Shown: piece by piece, positions 1 to 8,799 of the stretch
Layout: the number at the start of each line of letters is the position of its first letter
Position numbering within the stretch: position 1 is the first letter of the stretch
NCBI GenBank assembly: GCA_031411295.1
Contig: JANOAV010000088.1
Location: 1 to 40,301 of the forward strand
Direction of reading: 5' to 3'
Source of the DNA: Verrucomicrobiales bacterium
GTDB taxonomy: Bacteria; Verrucomicrobiota; Verrucomicrobiia; Verrucomicrobiales; V1-33
DNA: 40,301 nt
Notes under the pieces: generated by a model
What the model saw: the letters and a program-made list of their open reading frames with translations, nothing else
What the model was told of the DNA's origin: nothing
Database searches by the model: none
Translations under genes and position numbers: made by a program

Positions 1-106
1 TGCGGCCACCTCGTCGGGATACCGGGGGTATCGCTATCGCTCAACCCCCGGCTAATTTCTGAGATCCCTCCGGGATCACCTCATCTTGAACGCAACGAGG
101 AATTAG
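1..106. mobile_element. Right end of a MITE-like element (second copy of the element at 15646-15945), truncated by the window edge
   Basis: 21-77 matches 15860-15916 with 3 mismatches in 57 bp. Similarity continues to GGAATTAG (ending 106 versus 15945). The terminal TTA at 103-105 is the GH30 stop codon. Confidence 0.8.
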
Positions 107-1533
107 TCGGATCGGCGGCAGACCATCGTCACCAGTGCCCGCCCGATTAGGTGTAGTGGTATTTTCCCCTGCTGCACATTTCCTGTTTCCTGCTCCTTAT
201 AGTCTTCGGTAGGGCTGGTGCGCCACTGGCGATAAGCCGCGGTGGCGAAAGGTGGATCCAGTTGCACGATGACTTCTGCATCCTTTTCCTGCACGGATGC
301 CACGTGCACGACGAGGGTGCGGCCGTCTTTACTGACAAACGAAGTGGACTTCACTCCGGCTTGGGAAATGCCGGTAGCACCGGGGCCAGTGAGGGTGCTG
401 GTTACGACTTTCATGCCCGGTTCCAGCGGGGCGCACCATTGGCGGAAGCCGTGGTAAATTTTAGTTAGTTGGAAACTCTTGCCCCACTGCACGTGGATCA
501 AGGCCTCGCCTCCGGGATGGGGTGGATAGACGTAATCATAAGCCTGCCAGACGTTCACGCCTTCGTTGAACGCCTCGGTCATGTAGAGCCAGTATTCGCT
601 GGCGGAGCGCATGAGGCCGGGAGATTTATCTTCTCCGTTGAAACAACATTCTGTCTCCCACAGCGGCTTCGTGCCCGCCAATTCCCGCAGTTTCGCCCAG
701 CGATGGCCGCGTCTGTCGTAATCATGATTTCCCACCACATCGATCTCATTTCCCGCCGCTGCGAGCAAGGGCGGGAGCTGTCGCTGGGCGGCATCCACTG
801 CGCTGAGCATGTTGGGAGCCACCAACTTGGGGCGCGGCACGGCGGGGTTGCGGATCGCCATTTCCTTGAGATAAGCAGCAATTTTAACGAAGAGGTTGGT
901 GTGCTGTTCCGTGGTTAGGAAGTAGCTCGGTTGGTCGTGCTCCCAGTCCGGTTCATTGCAGATGCTAAGGTAATCAATGGTCTGCCCGTGCTGCTGCATG
1001 TGAGTTAGGAAGGCCCAGATGTATTCGCCAAACTCCAGTTCCAAGCCCGGCTTCAGCGTGCCCCGGGCCTTGCCGCCACCGCTTTCAGTGGCGTTGGTTT
1101 TCATCCAGGGTGGGGGCGTATAAAGCACGGCATAGAGCTTGGTCCGCGGGTTGCGAGCTTTGGCGGCGGCGGCAATCTTCAGCGGATGTTGGCAGTAAGC
1201 CAGGTCCTTTTCGTTAAATGCCAGCGCGTAAGGATCGTCATTGTCATTGGCGGGTTCGTGGTTGGGCCGGATCTGCAACTGCAGAATGTCTGCACGCACA
1301 TCCTTGAACATCGCATCGTAAAGTTGCTCCTGCTCTGCCGGGTGGCCGTTTGCTCCCAGGCTGGTTACGTGAGCCTCATAGAAGATGGCACCACAGCCCA
1401 TGCCTTGGAATTCCTGACCGGTTTCCGTGGGATGCACGGCAATGATCGTGGGCTCCGCTGTCAGCAAGGTTGCGGAGCATCCCAGCAAGCCAAGCCAGAG
1501 GCGGCCTCGTTCGAGAATGGGGGATTTAGTCAT
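103..1533 (-). CDS. Secreted glycoside hydrolase family 30 (clan GH-A) protein
   Basis: Signal peptide-like N-terminus (MTKSPILERGRLWLGLLGCSATLLTA), QEFQGMG, WTPP-like YTPPPWMK, acid/base SICNEPD, nucleophile LWETE and a C-terminal beta-sandwich. Start reassigned to ATG 1533, which overlaps the upstream stop by 8 bp. Confidence 0.8.
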   Translation of the reverse strand: MTKSPILERGRLWLGLLGCSATLLTAEPTIIAVHPTETGQEFQGMGCGAIFYEAHVTSLGANGHPAEQEQLYDAMFKDVRADILQLQIRPNHEPANDNDDPYALAFNEKDLAYCQHPLKIAAAAKARNPRTKLYAVLYTPPPWMKTNATESGGGKARGTLKPGLELEFGEYIWAFLTHMQQHGQTIDYLSICNEPDWEHDQPSYFLTTEQHTNLFVKIAAYLKEMAIRNPAVPRPKLVAPNMLSAVDAAQRQLPPLLAAAGNEIDVVGNHDYDRRGHRWAKLRELAGTKPLWETECCFNGEDKSPGLMRSASEYWLYMTEAFNEGVNVWQAYDYVYPPHPGGEALIHVQWGKSFQLTKIYHGFRQWCAPLEPGMKVVTSTLTGPGATGISQAGVKSTSFVSKDGRTLVVHVASVQEKDAEVIVQLDPPFATAAYRQWRTSPTEDYKEQETGNVQQGKIPLHLIGRALVTMVCRRSD

Positions 1534-2296
1534 GGTTAGAAATCGAGCGGATGGTGGACTGGAATAACTGGTCCGCAGCGTTAGCGGAAGGTTGCGCTGT
1601 TTCCAGCAGGGAAACGTCCGCGTGGGCTTGCTGGCGGAGGGCCTCTGTGAAGTTGCGCAGCGCATCGCTTACGGGGAAGGCATCCGTTTCATTTCCTGCC
1701 TGCTTCAGTTTTACAAAATGCTGAATTGCTTCTGTTAGGGTGAAGTCAGGCACCAACGGCAGCAAATCGGCAAACAGCACCGGCGGGGGCGTGCGATGCC
1801 GCAGCGCCCAGTGAGCACACAAGGTGGCTCGCAGCACGTAGAGATACTTTTTACCATTGAGCGCACGACCTTCTCCTGCCTGCGACATCAGTTGTTTGGC
1901 GAGCCCAAGGTAATGGTGCACGGTGGGCCTAACTTGAAAATAGGAGGCCACCACCGCGCGCATTTTCTCAGCAAAGTCAGCTTCTGCAAAATACACCGTG
2001 GGTGATCCCAACCACTCCAGCACGGAGGCGCTGGATTTCGTGGCATGATGCAGGGCCTTCCGCAGATCCCAGCCCGTAAGATCCAGTTCTCCAGGCAGAT
2101 CACAGTGGATGTAGTCGTCCGGCAAATGCACCTTCAAATAGTCCGCCTCGGGGCGGGCGAAGAAGAAGCGGACATCCCAATCACTATCCTGCGAAGCGAA
2201 GCCCCAGGCGCGACTTCCGGATTCACAGGCGAATAACACCCGGAAGCCTTGTTCCGCTGCCAGAGTAAGTAAACTTTGTTTGATCTGTTCTTGCAT
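1526..2296 (-). CDS. Pol-beta superfamily nucleotidyltransferase, YcgL/RlaP-like
   Basis: ACESGSRAWGFASQDSDWDVRF (GS...DxD), then GWDLRKAL, EWLGSP and KKYLYVLR, which are characteristic of this family. Confidence 0.85.
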   Translation of the reverse strand: MQEQIKQSLLTLAAEQGFRVLFACESGSRAWGFASQDSDWDVRFFFARPEADYLKVHLPDDYIHCDLPGELDLTGWDLRKALHHATKSSASVLEWLGSPTVYFAEADFAEKMRAVVASYFQVRPTVHHYLGLAKQLMSQAGEGRALNGKKYLYVLRATLCAHWALRHRTPPPVLFADLLPLVPDFTLTEAIQHFVKLKQAGNETDAFPVSDALRNFTEALRQQAHADVSLLETAQPSANAADQLFQSTIRSISNHD

Positions 2297-2366
2297 AGCT
2301 CCCTATGCACCGAAGATAGCCTTCCGGCAAGCCACGTGAGTGGGCTGCGACAGAAAAGATGGAGTG

Positions 2367-3458
2367 TTAGGGGTGGGTAATCGTTGGTGGAGCTACCACT
2401 TGCAGGATCGTAACTCCGCTGCTGCAGCCCCAGGAATAACGCAGTTCATTGTCCGTGGGCAGGGGCCAGCGGCACCAAATCAGATTGTCCGAGGCGCGAC
2501 GCGCCTGCCAGGCGGCGGTCGCATTCTTTTGAAGCCATGGATCGAAGGTAGCTTGCTCCTTTTGATCCTTCATGAATCTGGCAATCCAACGCACGCCGAT
2601 ACCATTGAATCCACCGCCATCACCTCTCTCCTTGGCTGGTGGCAGGTAGCCGTCGCGACATAGTTGATTCATGGTGTAGGTGGCGGCTAGTTTGGCCTCG
2701 TCGTTGTAACCCAGGAAATGAGCGGCTCCTACGAAGGTGCCCTGATTGTAAGTTAGCGCAAAGCGACCGACGTGTCCGTTGAGCTGAATGTTATCCGCCA
2801 CGCGACCAGTGGTGGCATCGAACAAGGTGGCACGCTCCCAGAGGAAGATTTCCCTGGCCTTGGTGAGGTAGGCCTCATCACCTGTGGCTTTGTGGAGCAG
2901 GAATGCAGCGATGGCGCCAGGGCCGTTGACGCAGGCGTTCTTGGATTTGTTTTCCGTTTTCCACCAGAGGCCACCGCCCAGATCGGAGGAGTTAGCGCGG
3001 GCATAACAGAGATCAAAGTTCTCGCGAGCCATCTTGAGAAATTCTGCGTTGCCTGACAACAAGTGAGCGCGGGCGCAGGCCATGACCATCCAGAGAATAT
3101 CATCGTTAAATGGATTGTGCTCCCATGTCTTCCCATGGTCCGCCAGGAAGCCCCGAAACAAGGCTGTGAACATTTCCAGTTGCTGCGGTTTCTTGGTGCG
3201 TTCGTAGGCGTCCAGCACCATTTCCATCTGCTCCGCCCGCATCCAGAAGGAGACCTTACCACCGTCAGTTGATTCCTTGAACCAAGCGGCACCATCCTTC
3301 ACTTCATAAAATGCCTTGGTATGAGCCTCGAAGGCTGCATCCGCATCGGTTGCGGTAAACGACTGCGCACCCAGTCCCGGCATCCCTAGCATGAAGCACA
3401 CAACCCATGCCAAAGCAGGGCCGAGCCGCGAGTTAATTAAAGGAGACCGATGCGGCAT
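2367..3458 (-). CDS. Secreted glycoside hydrolase family 76 (alpha-1,6-mannanase-like)
   Basis: Catalytic DD in FNDDILW, plus GGGLWW, SKNACVNGP and LTYNQGTFVGA; signal peptide ending in LGA-QS. Start uncertain (ATG 3458 or 3470). Confidence 0.85.
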   Translation of the reverse strand: MPHRSPLINSRLGPALAWVVCFMLGMPGLGAQSFTATDADAAFEAHTKAFYEVKDGAAWFKESTDGGKVSFWMRAEQMEMVLDAYERTKKPQQLEMFTALFRGFLADHGKTWEHNPFNDDILWMVMACARAHLLSGNAEFLKMARENFDLCYARANSSDLGGGLWWKTENKSKNACVNGPGAIAAFLLHKATGDEAYLTKAREIFLWERATLFDATTGRVADNIQLNGHVGRFALTYNQGTFVGAAHFLGYNDEAKLAATYTMNQLCRDGYLPPAKERGDGGGFNGIGVRWIARFMKDQKEQATFDPWLQKNATAAWQARRASDNLIWCRWPLPTDNELRYSWGCSSGVTILQVVAPPTITHP

Positions 3459-3473
3459 AGAGGATTGCATCGG

Positions 3474-3490
3474 TTGCCGTAAGCGTGCCG
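3474..3490 (-). promoter_or_regulatory. Possible weak sigma54 -24/-12 promoter of the GH76 gene
   Basis: Minus strand reads CGGCACGCTTACGGCAA (GG-N10-GC). The -24 box is good but the -12 box deviates from TTGC. Confidence 0.3.
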
Positions 3491-3722
3491 TCCGCTGGAA
3501 GCCAGTAAAAATAGGGCTACATCCCAATATGCGGAGGTGATTTCCCTGCCCCGGGGCGTGGCCAACGAAGGACCGTCGGCACACGTTCCCGAGAAAGTGT
3601 CCCGGCTGTCCTCAGCCGGGAACAAAGGCTAACCAGGAACACGCCACCTCCACAAGCAAGTCAGCAACGATTCGAACAACCTGGTGGTGCGCGGCGGCGG
3701 AGGAGGAAATCCAGCAGATGGA

Positions 3723-4853
3723 CTACTTTCTAACTACTCGATAGAACTTCCGAGGGCCCATCCCTAACTGTGAGTCTCTAACCTGCATGCCTCCGGGTGC
3801 CGTGGTCACGATGCTAGCACTGCTGGTCGTGCCCGTTGCGGTGATTTGACCGAGCAAGGTCCATTCACCTGTGGCCATGGTGGCGGAGCTTTGCACTTCA
3901 TACAGCGCCCCGCTGGTGGAGAGAAAGGTGATGACGATGGTGGGGGGCTGAGTGAGATTGAATTGCGAACTGATCAGCGGAATCACCGGTGGATCCGGCG
4001 GCAGGGGGATCATGAAATCTTTGACCACTCCCATGTGTTGCATTCCGCTGGCACCACTATCTCCGGATACCGCAGGGCTCAAGTCAGCGAGCGGAGTGAA
4101 TACTCTCGTATCGACCACCAAGCCGTTAGGGAAAGCGTTGGCACCGATGACTACCGGGATTTGCATGCTGATGAGATCGCTGTCCACATAGACGCCATCG
4201 TAGGGACTACTGCGACCGGCGTTCGTATCTTCGTCCCCAGCTGCATCAGCTGGATACGGGGCGCTGACGTTAACCACTGTGGAGAGTTGGGCGAACAGGG
4301 GTTCGGTGCGGGAGTAACTGTTGAAATCGCCCCCGATAGCGAGGAGATCCGTGGCCGGAATACTCTTCGCAATGATGAAATTTTTCAAATTGGTAGCCTG
4401 CGTTTCGCGATCTGTAGCCGACGTGCTGTTAGCCTTTAAATGCACGCTGATGGCCCACAAATCGCGCGATCCAGGAACGTCGATCCGAGCCCAAACGAAA
4501 TCGCGATCAGTTAGTCTTGGGTCGTCCCACTCCCCCGATTGCAGAATTGGGTAGCGACTGATCACCCCGTTGGGAATGCCGGTTCCGGCTTCCCGGAAGT
4601 AGCTGAAGGAGGTGCTGAAGGCGGTATCAACAAAGGCTCGCAGGGAGGCCGCAGTATTATTGCCATAGTTGAATTCCTGAAGCATGACAATGTCAGGTTT
4701 GACGGCTTGGAAAATGCGGATACCGGGATCCTCATAAGCCTGATTCGATCCGCTGGTCAGATTGGCGGCCATGAGGCGCAGACGCTGAGCAGACGCCGGC
4801 GGCGTGGTTGCGAACCAGAGATAAGTGATGCAGGCAATAACCAACCGGCCCAT
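3723..4853 (-). CDS. Secreted endonuclease/exonuclease/phosphatase (EEP) family protein with a C-terminal ...FYRV domain
   Basis: RLMAANL, PDIVMLQE, VHLKA, GGDFNS, YDGVYV and a terminal His (MQH); signal peptide from ATG 4853; Pro-rich linker followed by an ~85 aa tail ending RKFYRVVRK. Confidence 0.8.
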   Translation of the reverse strand: MGRLVIACITYLWFATTPPASAQRLRLMAANLTSGSNQAYEDPGIRIFQAVKPDIVMLQEFNYGNNTAASLRAFVDTAFSTSFSYFREAGTGIPNGVISRYPILQSGEWDDPRLTDRDFVWARIDVPGSRDLWAISVHLKANSTSATDRETQATNLKNFIIAKSIPATDLLAIGGDFNSYSRTEPLFAQLSTVVNVSAPYPADAAGDEDTNAGRSSPYDGVYVDSDLISMQIPVVIGANAFPNGLVVDTRVFTPLADLSPAVSGDSGASGMQHMGVVKDFMIPLPPDPPVIPLISSQFNLTQPPTIVITFLSTSGALYEVQSSATMATGEWTLLGQITATGTTSSASIVTTAPGGMQVRDSQLGMGPRKFYRVVRK

Positions 4854-4956
4854 AAGGCGATGGCGCAAACAGATGGTGGGTAGAGGGAGACCAGCGATAG
4901 GGGGGGAGCAACGCACAGGGGGTGGGGGAGCAAGATGCGGACCGACCAGATCACAA

Positions 4957-7206
4957 TTATGAGCAAACCGGGTCTCGGTCAATCCGATTCCGTGTGACAG
5001 AAATGCCGTCTGCTGAGGCTGAGATTTTCCTCACCCTGGCGGCGGCATATTTGTAACTTGGTTGGCGGCTCTGCGGATCGAACACGCTGGGCGTAAGTAA
5101 GTTGACCCGGCTATCATGCATGGCCATGAAGATGCAGCCCGGGGCAACGGTGGGGGCCACGCGAACGGTCGCTTCCAAGCGCCCGCGGACGGTGCTGACC
5201 TCGGCCAGGGCTCCATCTTGCAGGCCAAGTGCCAGGGCATCGCTGGCATGCATTTCCACGATGAGTTCGGCCACGTGCAGTTTTCGGAGCACGGTGGATT
5301 TGTTGGTGCGGCTGCCGGTGTGCCATTGCGCGCTGCTGCCTCGACCGGTTAGAAACGTGAGCGGATATTCGGCGTTGGGGGCTTCTGGGGCGGTTTCGGG
5401 CGTCGCGTAGCGGAAATTTGCCCGCTGGTCAGGAGTGAAGAATTTGCCATCAGCAAAGAGGCGTCGTTCCTGCGCTGGTGTCGGCTCGGTGCACGGCCAT
5501 TGCACGCCTCCCTGAGATTCCAGCATGTCGTAACCTTCAATGCCGGTGATATCACAGGGTTGTTCGGCGGAACATTTTTGCAGCATGCGAAACGCGGCTT
5601 CAGGGCTCGTCCAGTTTTCGAACAGCGTTCCGCAACCATAGTAACTGGCGACCAAGCGGAAGATGTTGAAGTCCGACAACGCCTGCCCAGGTGCCACACG
5701 CACTTTCCGACTCAGGCCAATGCGACGTTCGCTATTGATGAACGTGCCTTCTTTCTCGCCCCAGCCTGCGGCAGGTAAATACAGGTGCGCCAACTGCGCG
5801 GTCTCGGTAGTGGGATACATGTCCTGCACCACGAGATACTCCAGCTTGGCCATCGCATCCCGGAAATGTTGTTGGTTGATCCACGAATGTGCGCCATTCG
5901 TGGCAATGATCCACAGGCCTTTGATGGCACCGTCGTGAATTCCTTGAATGATCTGATCGTAGGCCCAACTGTTTTCCTGCGGGATCACTTCCACTGGGAT
6001 ATCCAAGGCTTGCGCCACCTTCTCGCGATGGGCTGGATTGAGGAAATCATGCCCCCCGATTAGGTTCGTCGTGTTGGAAAACAAGCGTGAGCCCATGGCG
6101 TTGCATTGACCAGTGATCGAGTTCGCCCCCGTTCCAGGCCGACCGATATTTCCTGTGAGCAGCGCTAGATTGATAATGGCTTGGGCAGTGTAGGTGGCTT
6201 GGTGACCTTGGTTAACGCCCATGGTCCACCAGAAGGAAACGGCCTTTCCCTGGGCGATCGTTTTCACCAAGCGCTGAATTGCGTCCGCGGTTAATCCTGT
6301 TTCGGCAAGGCATTGTTCCAGCGTGAAATCTTGCACGAACTCTCGGAATGCGTCGTAGTTGTTCGTGTGCTGAGTGATGAAATCCGGATCAGTGGCTCCG
6401 GCATCGATCAGCAAATTCGCCAAGGTGTAGAGCAGGGTGAGATCGCTCTTAGGCCGTAACGGGAGATGCTGCGTGGCGGCCATGGCGGTTTCGGTTTTGC
6501 GGGGATCAACCACGATAATCTCTGGCTGGTTGCGATTCTGCATCACGCGTTGCCACATAATGGGATGGGCAATGCAGGGATTCCCTCCGATGAACACAAT
6601 GACGTCGCTAGCCTCGAAATCGGCATAGGTGAAAGGCGGGGCATCGAAGCCAAAAGCCTGCTTATAGGCGGTCACCGAGGTGGCCATGCACTGCCGGGTA
6701 TTGCCGTCGCCATGGATCATGCCCATGCCGAATTTGGCTACTGCGCCTAACAGGCCCATGTCCTCGCACATCATTTGCCCGGTGGAAATGAAGGCCACGC
6801 TGGCCTTGCCATGCTTGGCTTGGATGGCTTGGAAATTCTGCGTGAAATGCGTCATGGCAGCGTGCCAAGAAACGGGCTTTCCATCTAGGAGTGGGGTCGT
6901 GCCCCGGTCAGTCGCGCTCAGCGGCGTGAGCCCCTCCCAGCCTTTAGGGCAGGCCATGCCAAGGTTGACGGGGTAGGTTGGATCCGGCGTGACATTAACG
7001 GCCACGCCTTGTTGTTGGTGAAAGAGCAGTCCACAGCCAGTAGAGCAAAATCCGCAAACTCCACGCGAAACTCCATCAGGCAATTGTCCCACCGGAACTT
7101 GCCCCAAGCCAAATGCGGCGGGACGACGAACCAATTCTGCTGTCAACGGTCCAGACCATTCACGCAGGCTCAACGCGGGGAGTTTAAATGCAGCTGGATT
7201 AGTCAT
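4957..7206 (-). CDS. Molybdopterin (bis-PGD) oxidoreductase, assimilatory nitrate reductase catalytic subunit (NasA/NasC/NarB-like)
   Basis: CGFCSTGC...CPKG [4Fe-4S] motif, NTRQCMA Mo-ligand Cys, [34 protein letters not shown] and [10 protein letters not shown]; no Tat signal; same operon as nirA. Start reassigned to ATG 7206. Confidence 0.88.
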   Translation of the reverse strand: MTNPAAFKLPALSLREWSGPLTAELVRRPAAFGLGQVPVGQLPDGVSRGVCGFCSTGCGLLFHQQQGVAVNVTPDPTYPVNLGMACPKGWEGLTPLSATDRGTTPLLDGKPVSWHAAMTHFTQNFQAIQAKHGKASVAFISTGQMMCEDMGLLGAVAKFGMGMIHGDGNTRQCMATSVTAYKQAFGFDAPPFTYADFEASDVIVFIGGNPCIAHPIMWQRVMQNRNQPEIIVVDPRKTETAMAATQHLPLRPKSDLTLLYTLANLLIDAGATDPDFITQHTNNYDAFREFVQDFTLEQCLAETGLTADAIQRLVKTIAQGKAVSFWWTMGVNQGHQATYTAQAIINLALLTGNIGRPGTGANSITGQCNAMGSRLFSNTTNLIGGHDFLNPAHREKVAQALDIPVEVIPQENSWAYDQIIQGIHDGAIKGLWIIATNGAHSWINQQHFRDAMAKLEYLVVQDMYPTTETAQLAHLYLPAAGWGEKEGTFINSERRIGLSRKVRVAPGQALSDFNIFRLVASYYGCGTLFENWTSPEAAFRMLQKCSAEQPCDITGIEGYDMLESQGGVQWPCTEPTPAQERRLFADGKFFTPDQRANFRYATPETAPEAPNAEYPLTFLTGRGSSAQWHTGSRTNKSTVLRKLHVAELIVEMHASDALALGLQDGALAEVSTVRGRLEATVRVAPTVAPGCIFMAMHDSRVNLLTPSVFDPQSRQPSYKYAAARVRKISASADGISVTRNRIDRDPVCS

Positions 7207-7217
7207 AAAGTCTTCAA

Positions 7218-7300
7218 GTGGAGGGCGAGGTAACGAGACCAGCGCCACGCTGCGTGATGGTTGCCAGGGAGGATGCCGGTCTCCTAACGTCGCCCTCCAC
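7218..7300. repeat. Intra-operon REP-like inverted doublet
   Basis: GTGGAGGGCGAGGTAACGAGACC (7218-7240) and GGTCTCCTAACGTCGCCCTCCAC (7278-7300) are inverted repeats matching at 20 of 23 positions. Confidence 0.75.
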
Positions 7301-7314
7301 GTTGGTTGCTTGTT

Positions 7315-8799
7315 TCATAGGCCGGGCATCCTCCAGGCTTTGCCGGTTTTAAAGTAAAGCACGCGCTCCAGCACTTCGCTGCCAGCAGCCAATGAAACTG
7401 CCAGTGCTGGATGCAGCCAGCCCACCGCCACCGCAAGCAGCGCAAAAGTAAAACGCGCCACCGTCACTTTCCTTAGCGGCCCCAGCTTTAGCTTAGCGGA
7501 TGCGTCTTCCCGGTCGAGCAGAAGCTTCCTTTCGGTAAACGCTAGTTTCGCCAAACCAATCACTGCCGCCGCCACCCCGAAGCGAACATCGACCACGCTG
7601 GCTCCTATCAACATGGCAATGATCACGGTGCCGAAAAAGCGCGGCACGGTTTCCAGCAGAGACCAGGCCGGGCGCTTCGTATCCACATACACCATGACCG
7701 AAGTGAAAACACTCACCAGGCCAAGGACTGCGGCAACCCAAGGAGAAACCAATTGGAAACAAGCGCCTGCGGCCGCGCCCATCAGCCCGCTGAAGGCAAT
7801 GATTTCACGGCTTAACCAGGATTTACGCCACCCCATCCAAGCCCGCCAAGCCTTCAACGGTTGACCCAAATGGGCTCCTGCCGCCATCATTCCCAGCATT
7901 AGCACGCCGCTGCCGATAAATGTCAGCAGTTGGCTTCCCAGCAATCCACTGGCCAGGAATAGCCCTGTCGCAATCTGTGTTAGGATCAGCATGATGACCA
8001 GCGGCCAATGCGTGTCCTCAATGCGCAACACGCTGGCATTCCCTGCCTTGGCTGCTGCGGGCATGGGCTTGGTGGAAGCGTAGTGGGTGCTAGGCTTGGT
8101 GTAATTTGCATCGACGGTGCCTGCCATATTGCTGAAACCAGTGCCGCGCTTGACCACGCGGATCGCAATGGCGGAGGTGGGGCAGGCCTGCACACAAGCG
8201 GGCGCTTCACCTGCGCTGAGGCGGCCTTGACACATATCGCACTTGCGCACGATGCCCCGCTTGCGATTATACTTTGGAACATCATACGGGCATTTCATGA
8301 TGCAGTAGGAACACCCGATGCATTGATCATCCAAGTGCCGCACGATGCCGGTGACCGCATCTTTATCATAAGCCAAAACCGGACAACCTTCTGCGCAGGC
8401 TGGTTCCGCGCAGTGGTGGCAGGCCGTGGTGATGGTTTGTTGATAGCTTTCCTTTGGGGCCACCACTAGTCCCAGATCGCGCCAAGCCTCATCGTCATCC
8501 AACCCATTCAGACCGTGACACGCCACCACACAGGCTTTGCAGCCGGTGCAGCGATCCAAGTTTACTTCGAACGCAAATTGCTCATCCGCACTTGGAATAG
8601 ACAGCGGAATGAGCGACTCATAGCGTTTCGCCACCGAAACCTGCTCCTCGTGCCAGCGGGAAAATGTCCCCACCGCTGTGTGCAGTTTGGGTTGTTCCGT
8701 GAGTAGTTCCCGCAGGAGAACTTCTGGAGCAGGGAGTTCAGCTAGCTTCGCAGAAGACAGCTTGAAGCTCGCCAAGGGGGTGGCGGTGGCAGAAGTCAT
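7315..8799 (-). CDS. Fused DmsB-like four-cluster ferredoxin and DmsC/YnfH-type membrane anchor
   Basis: CTGCKACVVAC, CHHCAEPACAEGCP, CIGCSYCIMKCP and KCDMC..PACVQACP, followed by multiple transmembrane segments with HLGQPLKAWRA...SWLSREI. Start uncertain; ATG 8799 overlaps nirA by 62 bp. Confidence 0.88.
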   Translation of the reverse strand: MTSATATPLASFKLSSAKLAELPAPEVLLRELLTEQPKLHTAVGTFSRWHEEQVSVAKRYESLIPLSIPSADEQFAFEVNLDRCTGCKACVVACHGLNGLDDDEAWRDLGLVVAPKESYQQTITTACHHCAEPACAEGCPVLAYDKDAVTGIVRHLDDQCIGCSYCIMKCPYDVPKYNRKRGIVRKCDMCQGRLSAGEAPACVQACPTSAIAIRVVKRGTGFSNMAGTVDANYTKPSTHYASTKPMPAAAKAGNASVLRIEDTHWPLVIMLILTQIATGLFLASGLLGSQLLTFIGSGVLMLGMMAAGAHLGQPLKAWRAWMGWRKSWLSREIIAFSGLMGAAAGACFQLVSPWVAAVLGLVSVFTSVMVYVDTKRPAWSLLETVPRFFGTVIIAMLIGASVVDVRFGVAAAVIGLAKLAFTERKLLLDREDASAKLKLGPLRKVTVARFTFALLAVAVGWLHPALAVSLAAGSEVLERVLYFKTGKAWRMPGL

